Origin: Diadema setosum
Lineage: Eukaryota
Length of the DNA stretch: 62,000 bases
Direction: 5' to 3'
Assembly (NCBI RefSeq): GCF_964275005.1
Contig: NC_092705.1
Coordinates: forward strand, 620,001 to 682,000
The position numbers and the translations under genes are program-made. The notes below the pieces were generated by a model. The model saw nothing but the letters and a program-made list of their open reading frames with translations. It searched no databases and was not told the origin of the DNA. Of this stretch, positions 11,302 to 24,247 are shown in pieces. How positions within the stretch are numbered: position 1 is the first letter of the stretch; each line of letters starts with the position of its first letter.

Positions 11302-14098
11302 CACTGGCGTAGCCGGGGGGGGGGGGGCGATGGGGGCGGTCGCCCGCCCCCCCCCCCCCCCTAAGACCGGGGATTTGCGAGGCGGAAAAAAAATGCGTGT
11401 ATACTGTGTGCATGCACATGAAGCGGGTCTCCTTTTCAACCTTTCATCAAATAAGATCATAATTTTTTGAATATTTCACTCAAAGTGTGCACCAGATCGT
11501 TGAATTTCAGTTCAAAATATGCAAAATCTCTCGTGCTTGGGAGGGGGATACCCTCCCAAGGTAAGAACTTTTTTTTATGTTGTAAACGGTGCGATTTGAT
11601 GCAGTCTTTTGCGCGCTTTATCGACGTGAAACAGTCCCACTTGTTTAAGGTAGCAGTATATTTTGATATAGATTATTATTGAACAATTTGGCTATAATAT
11701 GGTATCATTTAGATAAATGTCACTTACACTGAATATCATGAACGCGACTGAACCCGAGCGAGCGGAGCGAGCGAGGGAGTGGGGGGGAGGAGGGTGTGGG
11801 AGGGGGTGTCCCCCTCCCACGGTGAGAACTTTTTGCATTTTGATGTTGTAAATGGTGCAATTTGATGCAGGCTTTTGCGCGCTTTATGGACGTGAAACAG
11901 TCCCACTTGTTTAAGGTAGCAGTATATTTTGATATAGATTATTATTGAACAATTTTCCTATAAAATGGTATGATTTAAATACACTTCTTGTATTAATCCT
12001 TTTCACTGAATATCATGAACGCGACTGAACCCGAGCGAGCGGAGCGAGAGAGGGGGAGGGGAGGGTGTGTCCCCCCTCCCACGGTGAGATCTTTTTGCAT
12101 TTTGATGTTGCAAATAGTGCAAACTGATGCATGTTTTTGCATGCTTTAACGAGTTGAAACAGTCCCACTTGTTTAAGGTTGCAGTATATTCTAGTGTAGA
12201 TTATTATTGCATAATTTGCCAATAACATATATAAAATAGTATCATTAAAATAAACTTTTTGTATTAATTCTTACTCTTAATATCATGAACGCGACTGAAC
12301 CCGAGCGAGCGGAGCGAGCGAGGGGGAAGGGGAGGGTGTGAGAGGGGGGTGTCCCCCTCCCACGGTAAGAACTTTTTGCATTTTGATGTTGCAAATGGTG
12401 CAAATTGATGCATGTTTTTGCATGTTTTAACGAGTTGAAACAGTCCCACTTGTTTAAGGTTGCAGTATATTCTAGTGTAGATTATTATTGCATAATTTGC
12501 CAATAATATGTATAAAATAGTATCATTAAAATAAACTTTTTGTATTAATTCTTTTCACTGAATATCATGAACGCGACTGAACCCGAGCGAGCGGAGTGAG
12601 CGAGGGGGAAGGGGAGGGTGTGGGAGGGGGGTGTCCCCCCTCCCACGGTGAGAACTTTTTTGCATTTTGTTGTTGCAAATGGTGCAATTTGATGCATGTT
12701 TTTGCGTGTTTTTGCGTGTTTTTGCGTGTTTTATCGACTTGAAACAGTCCCATTTGTTTAAGGTAGCAATATATTTTCATGTCGATTATTATTGAACATT
12801 ATGGCTATAAAATGATATTATTTAAATAAACGTCTTGTATTAATTCTTACACTGAATATCATGAACGCTGTCTGTTCAGCAATCAAACAGAAAAAGCATG
12901 CACACGAGGGGCATTTTCCCTCCCAAACGAAGATGATTTTGCATTTTCAGACCTTAAATTCAGCGATCTGGTGCAAATTTTTGGTGCAATACTTTTTCAT
13001 CGAAGTGTTAAAATAACGGAATTTAGCTCTTATTCCGAATGTGCATCATCTGTGTGTATATGTACAAAGTCTAATGAGGAAGAGCTTAGGGGAAGGGGGA
13101 TTCCCCTCCCGCTCGGCGAATCTTTTGTGTTCAAAGAATTGAAATAAAGCGATCTAGAGCACACTTTTTGTGGAAAATTCGGAAATTGTCATTCCCAAAA
13201 ATGTACTAGCTCTAAAGTGGGTAACAAGCAATGGAATGGTGGCAAGATACCTCTCCCATATTCAAGGGAGCCTTTTTTCAGTTTTAAGCTTTTAGAACTG
13301 AAATTCAACAATCTGGCGTACACTTTTGTTGGAATATCTGGAAATTTTTCAATCAGAAGAGAAGTGTAGCAAGTCTGTGGAAGGAGATTCTATATAATTT
13401 TCTGATTGCAGTTAAACGTTTTGGTGCACACATTTTGTGTCATATTTGGAAAACTGTTTATGTTCAAAGTGTAGCCACAGTCTACATGCATGGGGGGGGG
13501 GGAGGGGCGGGCGAGCAGGAAAAAGGTGTGGGCGAGTGTTATCTCCACCCTTCCCGTACGATGGGGCTTTTGCCTTTTTAAAGGTTGAAATTGAGATATC
13601 TCGTATACGCATATTTGATGGAATATAATGCTATGGGAAATCATTAAAAAAAAAATTATGTTGGGGGGGCGTAGGGAGGAAGGGTCGATAAAGAGGGGAA
13701 ATTTCCCTTGTACATGAGGGAGCATTGAGTTTTCGGAATATAAGTGATAAGTCATGTGCACTCAGTTTTTCATAATTTTTTGTAAATCTAAAAAGTGTAC
13801 TAAGGCTAGGGAAAGAGGCACAGAGGGGGAGGGTCTGGGAGGGGGTATCCCCCTCCCAAGCACGAGAGATTTTGCATATTTTGAACTGAAATTCAACGAT
13901 CTGGTGCACACTTTGAGTGAAATATTCAAAAAATTATGATCTTATATGATGAAAGGTTGAAAAGGAGACCCGCTTCATGTGCATGCACACAGTATACACG
14001 CATTTTTTTTCCCCGCCTTGCAAATCCCCGGTCCAAATCTTAGGGGGGGGGGGGCGACCGCCCCCATCGCCCCCCCCCCCCCCCCGGCTACGCCAGTG
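11302..14098. mobile_element. Foldback-like non-autonomous DNA element with ~255-bp TIRs and internal tandem repeats
   Basis: 11302-~11558 is the near-perfect reverse complement of ~13842-14098 (CACTGGCGTAGCC ... GGCTACGCCAGTG). No coding capacity and no clear TSD. Confidence 0.85.
11530..12870 (+). repeat. Tandem repeat, ~270-295-bp unit, about 4.5 copies
   Basis: TCATGAACGC(GACTGAACCCGAGCGAGCGG) recurs at ~11736, 12013, 12283, 12565 and 12859 (last partial). Confidence 0.9.
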
Positions 14099-14541
14099 CT
14101 GTATTAAAGAATTAAAGATTAAAGAAACTAATGAAGGCATTTTCTTGGAGCAACTTCCCTTTTTTATGAATACCAATTTATACAAGAAGCCTAAAGATGC
14201 ATAAAGGAACTCACTTATCTGTTTATCAGCCGACCAAGGGTCCATGGTGTGGAGAATTTGGAGCACCGTTGAATTGAAGATTATTGCTACAACCCGGTTA
14301 AAGAGCTCCTCGACATTCCATCCTTCATCATGCACGATGGGATACAGGACAGACATTTTGACTCGTTTATTATTTCTGCCCCACCATATTCACTATCATT
14401 ATGATGCATCTTCACTATGTCATTATTGTCAATACTACATCTACACATGCATGATCATTTCCAAAGTCCACGAGTATCATTGTAATGGTTATTATTCTTT
14501 TATAACTGTATATTAATATTCTTACTGAAATGATGGGGGAG

Positions 14542-14690
14542 GGGGCAATATGGCGTAGTGGATTTAAGACTCCCGACTCCCAATAGGACCCGAGTTAGTT
14601 TCCCGTCCAGTGCTTTACGTCCTTGGACAAGATGTTTTTAACCCCTCTGTCCCTCTCGATCCAGGTGTAACAATGGGTACCTGGCAGCCC
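14542..14690 (+). mobile_element. tRNA-derived SINE (degenerate)
   Basis: A-box-like TGGCGTAGTGG and a degenerate B-box region, followed by TCCTTGGACAAG...CCAGGTGTAACAATGGGTACC, a body motif typical of invertebrate SINE2 elements. Confidence 0.65.
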
Positions 14691-15299
14691 TATAGTGATG
14701 CGCTCTGTCGGAATGAGTCAAAAGTCGCAAAAAATGAAATCGTAGTTATGCCTGTATGTGAATTCTACAGACTCTAAGCTTTACACTGATATGTAATACA
14801 ACTCATTTCGACATCCCTTTAGATCATAAAAACGAATATTAACTACGCTTATGATGTCAGTCCATTTTTTAGATAACGGAGAAAATCGCTCTCAAAGTTC
14901 AGACTATGTTCACGCTCACAACCTGTTTCTTTCACGGGACGAAGCAATATAATAGTCCTGCTTAGCGACGGCGTTTACGCTCCATCGCACGCACTACCGT
15001 ATAAGGCAATAGCTTGGATGCGTAAGATAATTAACCAATCGCAGGACAGGTCTATCATTAACGATTTTGACCAATACGCAGCCCGAATGTAAACTTCGGT
15101 GCGTTTGTGTCCGTGTCGCTGCCGCCGCATGAATGAGTCGGTACGCGTTGTGTGTCGGCTGCGGCGTAGTTTGCCGCAAGTTTTTAACTCACAGACAATA
15201 TAGTAGAGCGGTTAAACCCTCAAAATCATGAGAATTGTGCAAAATTTGACTAAAGTATGAAAATTTCACCAGTGTTAGTACATACCATAAGATTCATTT

Positions 15300-16410
15300 T
15301 AAGATCGGGAGGTAAGTCTGATTTGACCTCTGATGACCTCCAGAGGTCAATGAACTTTAAATATCAGAATATTGATGTTTGGAGGCATTTGTGAATGATA
15401 GGCTTAGATCTTGGTTACGCTGCATTAAACATGCATTTGTACTACAAATCTTCTGATTCCACAGGGCATTGACAGGTTTCTAACCTTTGACCTCTGATTA
15501 CCTTTAGAGGTCAATGACCTCAAAATACCATAATATTGATCTGTGATGTTATTAGTGAAAGGACAAGTTCACATTCATAGACATGTTGGTTGAGTGAATG
15601 CAGCAATATTAGTAGAGCACATCATTGAGAGTTTGAGGGAAATGGGACAATCCGTTCAAAAGTTATGAATTTTTAAAGTATCTGCTCACTCAAGGCTGGA
15701 TGAGAAGACTACTATAGCTTGTAATGCCACATGAGTACAACGATAAGGAAAGAATAAAGAAAATTCAACATATTCTCACTTTTCTCGCATAACAAAAGAA
15801 CACTTGACTTCTCTCTTTCAGAAGGCAGGGGGAATAATATTACCCTTAACATATTATGTCAGTAACAAGCCGAATGTGCTCTTTATTCAAAAAGTAAAGT
15901 TTTGTGAAATTCTCTCTTTACTTTCTTTATATGGTTGTACGCATATGACATCATACACTACAGTAGTCTTTTTATCCAGCAGTGACTACGCAAATACTTT
16001 AAAAATTCATAACTTTTGAACGGATTGTCCGATTTTCCCCAAACTTTCACTGATGTGTTCTACTAATATTGCTGCATTCACTCAATCCACATGTATATGA
16101 AGGTGGACTTGCCCTTTAAAGATAAACATGGTTAAGGTGTGCAAAACAAGCATATCTGTTTAGCAATGAAACTGTCTTCATATTCCAAAGAGCAAAGACA
16201 GGTTTCTAACTCTGACCTCTGGTGACCTCTTAGAGGTCAATGACCTCAAAATATCATAATATTGATCTGTAGTGTTATTAGTTCATGATAAACATGGTTA
16301 AGATGTACAAAACAAGCATACCTGCTTAACAAGAAATTGTCTTCACATTCCAAAGAGCAGAGATAGGGCTCTACCTTTGACCTCTGGTGACCTTTAGAGG
16401 ATGTACAAAA
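15300..16410. repeat. Degenerate tandem repeat with TTGACCTCTG...AGAGGTCAA motifs
   Basis: Units recur at ~15323, 15487, 16212 and 16377; interrupted by the MITE at 15560-16115. Confidence 0.6.
15560..16115. mobile_element. Kolobok-like MITE with long (~170-bp) TIRs
   Basis: AGGACAAGTTCAC...TGAGTGAATGCAGCAATATTAGTAG is mirrored by CTACTAATATTGCTGCATTCACTCA...GTGGACTTGCCCT. Flanks are TGAA / TTAA, and it interrupts a repeat unit that is intact at ~16272. Confidence 0.75.
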
Positions 16411-18699
16411 CAAACACAATTGTAGCCCAGATGGCTATTAGCACATGTTTATAGTAAAGAATAAAATAGAATAGAATAGAATAGGATAGAGAGTAAAAGA
16501 AAACAGAACACTGCAGTCGTTTTCCTAGACACCCTGTGCATGAGGTCATACTCAGTCTTTTCCCCTTCTTGGAGTTTACGAAACCGTTTATCTTCCTTCC
16601 AGCTATTTTCTTTCTTTTTTTTTCTTTTTTTTTGGGGGGTCAAAACCACCTCTTCCAAGAAAAGTCTATGGTCATAGGAATTTGTGAGTTTGATGTTGGC
16701 TACTTTCCCCGCTAGTGGTCAGCACTATCCATTCCCAAAGCCCCGCGCCAAATTACGGGAATGACGTGATGACGTGTTTTTGCCCTCTGATCCCGAAACA
16801 TAAATGACCCTCTGAGCTGGAAGGTGGCCCTCCTGCCAGAATTTATCCCTCTATTTTAGCATTTATTGTTTAGTGGAGTGGGTCAAACAGAAACTCCAAA
16901 GACAAATTCAAGGGTAATGACCCAAAACAACGATGACGTTGGTTGCCATAGCCTAAGGACAATAATATTCATTTGGTTTATCATTTTGATATCCAATAAA
17001 CAATAAACAATAAAGTCTTACCAGTGGTTACAGAGAACAAGTGAATGAAGAAACTAAAAGAGAGTGGGCGAGTTAATCAGAAATTGAGATGAATCATAGA
17101 CAATTGAATTTTCATAAAAACGAATAGAAGGAGCAACTTGAACATTTGACCACTAAGGAATTAATTTCTAGTGAACGCCACACCCCAATATAAGATTGAG
17201 CCAATGAAATGCTTTAGGGAAAGGAAGTTTGTTAGTAAATTATAGTTATAAAAAAGCATGTCTCAGCCGAGAAATCAGTTAGAGTGGCAAGCACAGTGGG
17301 AGCGGCTTCACACTATGTAGCGAAGCAAAGGCTGCAGAGTATTTTGGAATTTTGAGGAACTTTGAGAATAGTTGGAGACTACAGAGATAAAGTCAGGAGT
17401 TCCCCTTTCTTGGTACATCATGCCCCCCCCCCCCCTCCAAGTCAACCAACTAATCTTTAACGACGCTGAATGCACCATCGACCTACGCTGTGAATGTGAT
17501 GAGGATCTGACTGTCATGACTGAACCGGCGAGCAGCAGGACATTAGGAAAAACTATGAGTCACGATAAGACAAAACTTTGGTTTACGCCAATTTGGAGTG
17601 CAATTACAAACTCCAAATAGTCAACTGGTGTCAGACTGATACAAACTGGAGAGTGATGGTGACAAAGAGAATACTGACAGCGTGACGGCAGACCGCTCAA
17701 CGGACGGCCCAGTCTCCCTGAAGAGATCGACAATGACATGCAGACGAGGACCTCATTCGTCGACCGAGAGTAATCATTTGAGAGGAATGACTTTAATTTA
17801 CGTTTGAAGACATTTCAAGAGATGTAGTAGTCTGATATGTTGAGGGGCAAATCATTCTACTGTTTGCAGTCTTGTGAACATACTTTAGCGAAAACTGTTC
17901 GAATATGTGGACAGTGATAAGTATAGGCCCCTATAAATCACTCTGTCGAGTAAATTATATAATGAATCAAATGGCTTCTTTTGAACATGAAAATTCCGAT
18001 GTTAAAAGCATGTGATGGGAAATGTAAACAGTATGTGCGAATACTTCTATGTTTCCTGCTAAACTTGTTTGTTAGTGGGGAAAAGAAAAGAAAAGAGAAG
18101 TCTCGCTCTACCACGTCTACATACCACAACGCCTACGGATATCTTTGTTTCACATTGTTGGTGGGGAAAAGAAAAGAAAAGAGAAGTCTCGCTTCATGAG
18201 AGATGTTCAGACGCCTACGGATGTCTAGGCTGAAGGTGGGTTTGAATGTCTTATAGGGCCGATAGAGCACCAACAGTAAGTGCAGATTAATTGGCACGCT
18301 ATCTTATGAAGAGAAACAATACTTTGTTTCACACAAGATGAAAAAGCAGAAAGACAGCTGATAATCATCCGCTCGTGTAAAATCAAACAGAAGTTTTTCA
18401 AAACATTTCAAGAGGCATCTTGGTGAGTTACAGTCTGTTAAACATGCCAATATATTGTGAAAAACAAATTGAAGGCCACCTGCAATAGGCCACCTGCAAT
18501 ACAGCCTCGCATTTTCCGACATCACAAAAACTTTGATCAACACGTCCCATATATACTCGTGATGGAGAGGGAAAATAATAAACAACAACATTGCAAGATT
18601 AATGCATTTCTTCCACGACAACAGACAGGAACTGATTCCACGTAATACGTAAACATGTATTCTGATTTTTTCCATGCCTCTGCCTTTGCCTCTGCCTCT

Positions 18700-19070
18700 G
18701 TCTTTCCATACCTCTGCCTGAGAAAGGATTGTAGCCTATCCCGCGAGTCAAAAAGAAGCTTTCTTATCATCTCGTGCATCCTGTACTCTATGTGCAATGC
18801 ACTCATCATAGAGACAAGCTTGCTTTACCCAAACTGTTTAGATATTGCCATTGGAAGACTCTGATGATCGCATACAGTGGCTGTGCACCTATAAGAACAC
18901 TGGTCTGACCTCAGGATGTCTATCCAGTTTAGTCGTGGAGGAGGTCTGTGTGCCGATCCGTGCAATGTACGTAGGCTCAATCGCGTGCTTCACTGAAGAT
19001 GTAGATGCTGCCCTGTCTTGAAAGAGATCGAGGGTATAGATCTAGACCAATTTCAGCAGGTTATACACTG
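18700..19070 (-). pseudogene. Degenerate DNA-transposon transposase fragment, Academ-like
   Basis: Frameshifted minus-strand translation LDLFQDRAAST..VKHA / GQTSVLIGAQPLYAIIRVFQW / KLVSMMSALHIE matches from memory the LPLF...PGQTPV..DQPLYA...QW...M.GLHIE block of Academ-type proteins. Confidence 0.55.
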
Positions 19071-19549
19071 AATCATCACTTGCTGGCAGAGAGTCTTAAC
19101 CGGATCATGCAGGTGGTATTACCCGCTGCAAGCGTACCCTGATTCACACATTGGATGCAAACCGGATGGGGCCATTAGTGGAAACAACCAATATTTGGGC
19201 ATGGGGGCACAACTCTTGGCCAGGTCCAAGTGTTAAGGAGTATCGAGCATAAAGAAGACAATTAGAGTAAATAGTAGTTCCACTCCTATTTGGAATTGAG
19301 GTTCCTAAACAGGTCATTGAAAAAATGCCCAAAATTGCCTGACGTAATGACCCAAACTTAATTGGATGACAATAGCAAGTTGCAAGACACAGGGTTGCTT
19401 CATGTGGAATGCCTGTTATGCCATACAGTATGTCGCTTTCCAGATGGTCCATGACGTCACTGTATGCTCCAGGACCATGAGTCATTCACCGGAACCATAC
19501 AGCCCACGAGCTTGACACTGACCAACACAGGTAGACCGGGGGCCCAGAG

Positions 19550-20483
19550 CATTTATTCAGCTGAAAAGGGTCACACTTTTTGATGGTCTCATCATAAGGA
19601 TGTGGCCACGGGTCAATAAAATGAATTGCTGGCAAGTCACATCCTGTACCGTAAGCCTAGGGACCACAAAAAGGGACCCCGAAAATGGATTTATTCAGCC
19701 GAAGGGGGTCACGGACAAAAGTTGGTGGATATTGTTCCTTTGGGTGTACTTATCATGAAAACAGCAATGCCAGCTATTTTATCCTATATACGGGGCCCCA
19801 GACAGTAGCCCCAAAGGGCCCCACAAATATGGTGTTATTCAGCTGAAAAGGGTTACGGCTAATTTCTTTTGCAATGGAAGTAGTTCCCATCAGAGATATC
19901 CAAAACACCAATGCCAGCTATTTTATCCTGTACGGGGCCCCAGACAGTAGCCCAGAAGGGCCCCATCCCCATAGGCCCTACGTACAAACACACACAAACA
20001 TTGATTTTATTCAGTTGAAAATAGTCACAGCTAATTTCTTTTGCAATGGAAGGAGTACCAATTAGAGATATCCAAAACACCAAAGCCAGCTATTTTATCC
20101 TGCACGCAGGGGCCCCAGACAGTAGCCCCAAAGTGCCCCACCCCTATAAGCCCTACGTATAAACACACACACACACACATTGACTTTATTCAGCTGATAA
20201 GAGTAACGGCTAATTTCATTTGCAATGGAAGTAGTACCCATCAAAGATATACAAAACACCAAAGCCAGCTATTTTATCCTGTACGGGGCCCCAGACAGTA
20301 GCCCCAAAGTGCCCCCCCCCCCCCCTACACACATACTCACACAATAGTTTCATTCAGCTGAAAAGGGTTACGGCTAATTTCTTTTGCAATGGAAGTAGTA
20401 CCCATCAGAGAAATCCAAAATACCAAAGCCAGTTATTTTATCCTGCACGGGGCCCCAGACAGTAGCCCCAAATTGCCCCCTCC

Positions 20484-20515
<32 letters not shown>

Positions 20516-20550
20516 GATTTTATTCAGCTGAAAAGGGTCACGGCTACTTT
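19550..20550 (+). repeat. ~160-180-bp tandem repeat array (left arm; continues at 28353-28630)
   Basis: Unit TTATTCAGCTGAAAAGGGT...TTTGCAATGGAAGTAGTACCCATC...GGGGCCCCAGACAGTAGCCCC with variable C/CA spacers. Confidence 0.9.
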
Positions 20551-22269
20551 CTCTCTTAATTTCTAGGATTTATTTTTAAATCCTAAGGATTTATTTCTTT
20601 AAGTCCTAGCGGACTGTAAATACGGACAAAACCTTAGGACTTAAAAGTAAGTCTTAGCTAGGATTTAAAGATTTAAGTCTATGTTCGACTTAAATTTCAA
20701 GTCTATAGGATTTATTTTTTAAGTCTTATTAGATTACATTTAAATCTTTCTTAGACTTGTTTTTAGAATAAATCCAGCTTGGATTTAAACGATAAAAGAC
20801 TTATTTTAAGCCTTCCTTGGATTTATTTCAAATAAATCCATCATGGATTTAAACTCAGACTACTGAAAATGACAGTCAATTGATGCACTTTCTTCACATG
20901 TAAAGGTCTATTTATTTTAACAAAATCAAACTGATGCATTTTTCACAAACATCGATAAGTTACAAAATATAGAGATGATTGTCGTACACATGTAGGCTCC
21001 AGAAAAAAATGAAATACGACATGATGAAAACAGAGCATATTTTGCAATAGTCTCAGATGGTCACATCTTCACATTCATGTTACTGATGCTTCTTTCACTG
21101 TGTTCTGTAAACAAGTTACTAGACGACTGGAACCTTCATTGCCAAATAGATTACTTTTTTCACTTTTTTTTAAAATCTTGCAAGATGACTCCATACGACT
21201 TGATTCACTTTCATTTTATGTATTTCTTTCCCTGGTGAGCATCGTTAAGTCGTAAGATGGAAACTATGAACAAATGTAAGATTATATATGAATTCTAATA
21301 ACTTAAATTTTAGAAATGATGCTGTGTAATAAACAATACAGCCTCCATTAAGTTGACGTTTAGATTTACACGCTTTGTACGTCCCATGCATGCAATTTAA
21401 AGAATTATTTGATTTTTTGGAATGATGCATAGTATAAATTTAATCAAGAGGGAAGTAAAGGCCAAAATTAGTGTAATCAAATTAGAAAAGAGAAGAAATT
21501 TCCCTACACAGAATGGTGTAAAGACTATGAAAATCAGCTACGAAATAAGGAAGATATGCCTCTTTTCAATTTCACACATTTCCAGAAAACAGATCTTGTC
21601 CAGTCTTTATGAACGTCCAAATGAGGGAATTGATGATGTCATTCCTTCAAAATTTTTACACTTTTCACCTGCATGTATTTGCATATTCATACGGACTAGT
21701 CAAGAAATGTTTTCTGAAAACGTGTTACATTTCCCTATTTCTTACCAGACTTCCCTAATTTTTCCACTATTCCGTAGGGAAAATTTACAATTGAATCCAA
21801 ACTGTATTACATATAACAGTAGGGAGCAAGATCTATGTAAACTCTGAAGTAAATTCACCTTAAAACATTAAGAAGCTCAAATAACAGTTAACATTCTAAA
21901 CTTACTTCTAAAATTCCTTGAATATCGGTTGTCTGAAATGGATTTACATAAGTACATTTCCATACTGCATTTTGGTAGACAAAATGTTTGACAAAAGAAT
22001 ATACAAATTCCTGCTTAATCTATTGATATTTAAGAATCAATCTCAACTGATGACAGGGAACCATCTCAAGAGACTGTTCAAGTGAGATGGACCACTAGTT
22101 TCTTAATTACTTTGATGTCATATCTCGTAACAAAGCACTATGTTGAAGTGATGTAATCTGAATTTTTAACTAGAATTATCACTCATTGTGATTAATATAC
22201 CCCCACCCACAATTGAGGGAATTAGCTCAACCAGGATTATTTTTTCTTACTCTTTAATAAAGAAAAAAA

Positions 22270-23425
22270 ACACCATGGCAATGCACTGTTCCACCTCTCA
22301 AATCAATTGCTCAAAAACTGAGTGAGCAAGATAGATAAACTGACGATTTCTATGGTTTTTACTAAAAATTGTGTAACCATGGCAACACAATGTTGGACAT
22401 TAAGAAAAAAATGAAGTTTGCACAACTATAGGCCCTATATCATAGCCGTCATATGTGCCAAATTTCAAGCTAAATGCTAAAAGGGTGAGGGGTTTAGTTG
22501 AATTCACATTAGTGTATCATTTTCATGCAAAATATACTGTTACCATGGCAACACATTTTCCACACTGACAAAAGATTTTTTGCACATCTAGGTAATGTAG
22601 AGGTAACATGTGCCAAATTTGAAGCCAAAATGCTCTAAACAGAGACAGGAGAATCGAAATGTTTGTATGATTTTCATGGAAAATGCACCATTACCATGGC
22701 AACAGATTGTTTAATGATGAAATATGAAGTTTGCATATTTCTGAACTACAATGGTTGCATGTGCCAAATTTCAAGCCAAATGCTCAAAGACTGAGGGAGT
22801 TACCTGAATCCAAAATATTTTTGTATGATTTTCATTCAAACTATGTTGTTACCATGGCAACACAATGATCAACAATGACGAAAGGTTAAGTTTGCACATG
22901 TACGTACCATAGTGGTCAGGTGTGCCAAATTTCAAGCTAAATGCTCAAAGACTGAGGTTGTTACATGAATCCACAATATCTTTGTATGCATTTTAGTGAA
23001 TAGATGCTGTTACCATGGCAACGCATTGTTCACCGTTGATGAAAGATTAAGTTTGCACATGTGTATATGCTAAAGTTGTTGCATGTGCCAAATGTCAAGC
23101 CAATTACTCAAAGAGTGAGGGAGTTAACTGAATCCACAATATTTTTGTATGATTTTCATTCAAAATATGCCGTTACCATGGCAACACATTGATCGACACT
23201 TACGAAAGAATACGTTTACACATCTACATACCACAGTGGTCTTTTGTGCCAAATTTCTAGCTAAATGCTCGAAGACTAAAGGAAGTTAGCTGAATCCACA
23301 ATATTTTTGTATGTTTTTTGGTTTAAAAAAAGCTGTTACCATGGCAACGCATTGCTCACCACATTGTTTCCATATCTATATACCATAGTGGTCATGTGTG
23401 CCAAATTTCAAGTCAAATGCTCTAA
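22270..23425 (+). repeat. ~160-bp tandem repeat carrying GTTACCATGGCAAC palindromes (about 7 units)
   Basis: The motif or a near match lies at 22374, 22539, 22690, 22848, 23009, 23172 and 23335; TGTGCCAAATTTCAAG or a variant occurs in each unit. Confidence 0.9.
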
Positions 23426-24247
23426 ATTTGTTTAAGGTGCCCATCTGCGCTGAATCTATCCTTCCTCGTGGGTTCAAGCACATACTTTGGCTGGAAAACC
23501 AAAGTTTATTTCTTTATAAATAGAGAGTTTCATATTAACGTGTTTAGCCACAATGTCATAATGAAAATAGCAACAAATCAGCGCTCAATAGATGTGATGG
23601 ACAATGGCTCAACAACACTGTGGGAGTGATGAAAATTAGGTAATCGTTGAATAATTACAAAATTGTTCAGGGGAACTTCAACTTTCTTCTTTCAATTTAA
23701 ATCAATGTGGATCTGGCATTACTTTTTTTTTTCATCATCAACCAGACATAATATACAGAAAACAAGCCAAAGATGAACAATAAATAAATTGAAACTGGAC
23801 ATGTATAAAAACTTGAAATATTGTTTAAATGTTCACGTAGCAATGCAAATGCAAATGTGAGGCACACACTTACATGATAGCACCTCTAAAGGAAACATTG
23901 CGGCATTAACTTTCCTTATTGTGTTATTTTCATTTAAAAATGCACACAAAAAAAATTACAAGGAAACTTTACTACAACCAGGGCATGACAGACATGCTTC
24001 TTGTGTGCATGGATTTGTAGCTCAATATAAATGGAAAAGTGAGGCACACATAACATAACTCAATATCCATGAGTCAAACATTATGCATGATAGTATCTTC
24101 AAAGGAAACATTGCAGCATTTTACCTGTGTTACTTTGATTTAAGAATTCACCGAAAATTAAGAAAACTTTGCTGCACATCAGGGCAAGTCAGATATGCTT
24201 CTTGTGTGCATGGGTTTGTGGCACAATGTCGGAAAATCTTACTAGCA

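Noticed and set aside
14542..14625. tRNA gene
   Set aside because: No intact cloverleaf or B-box, and it continues into a SINE body.
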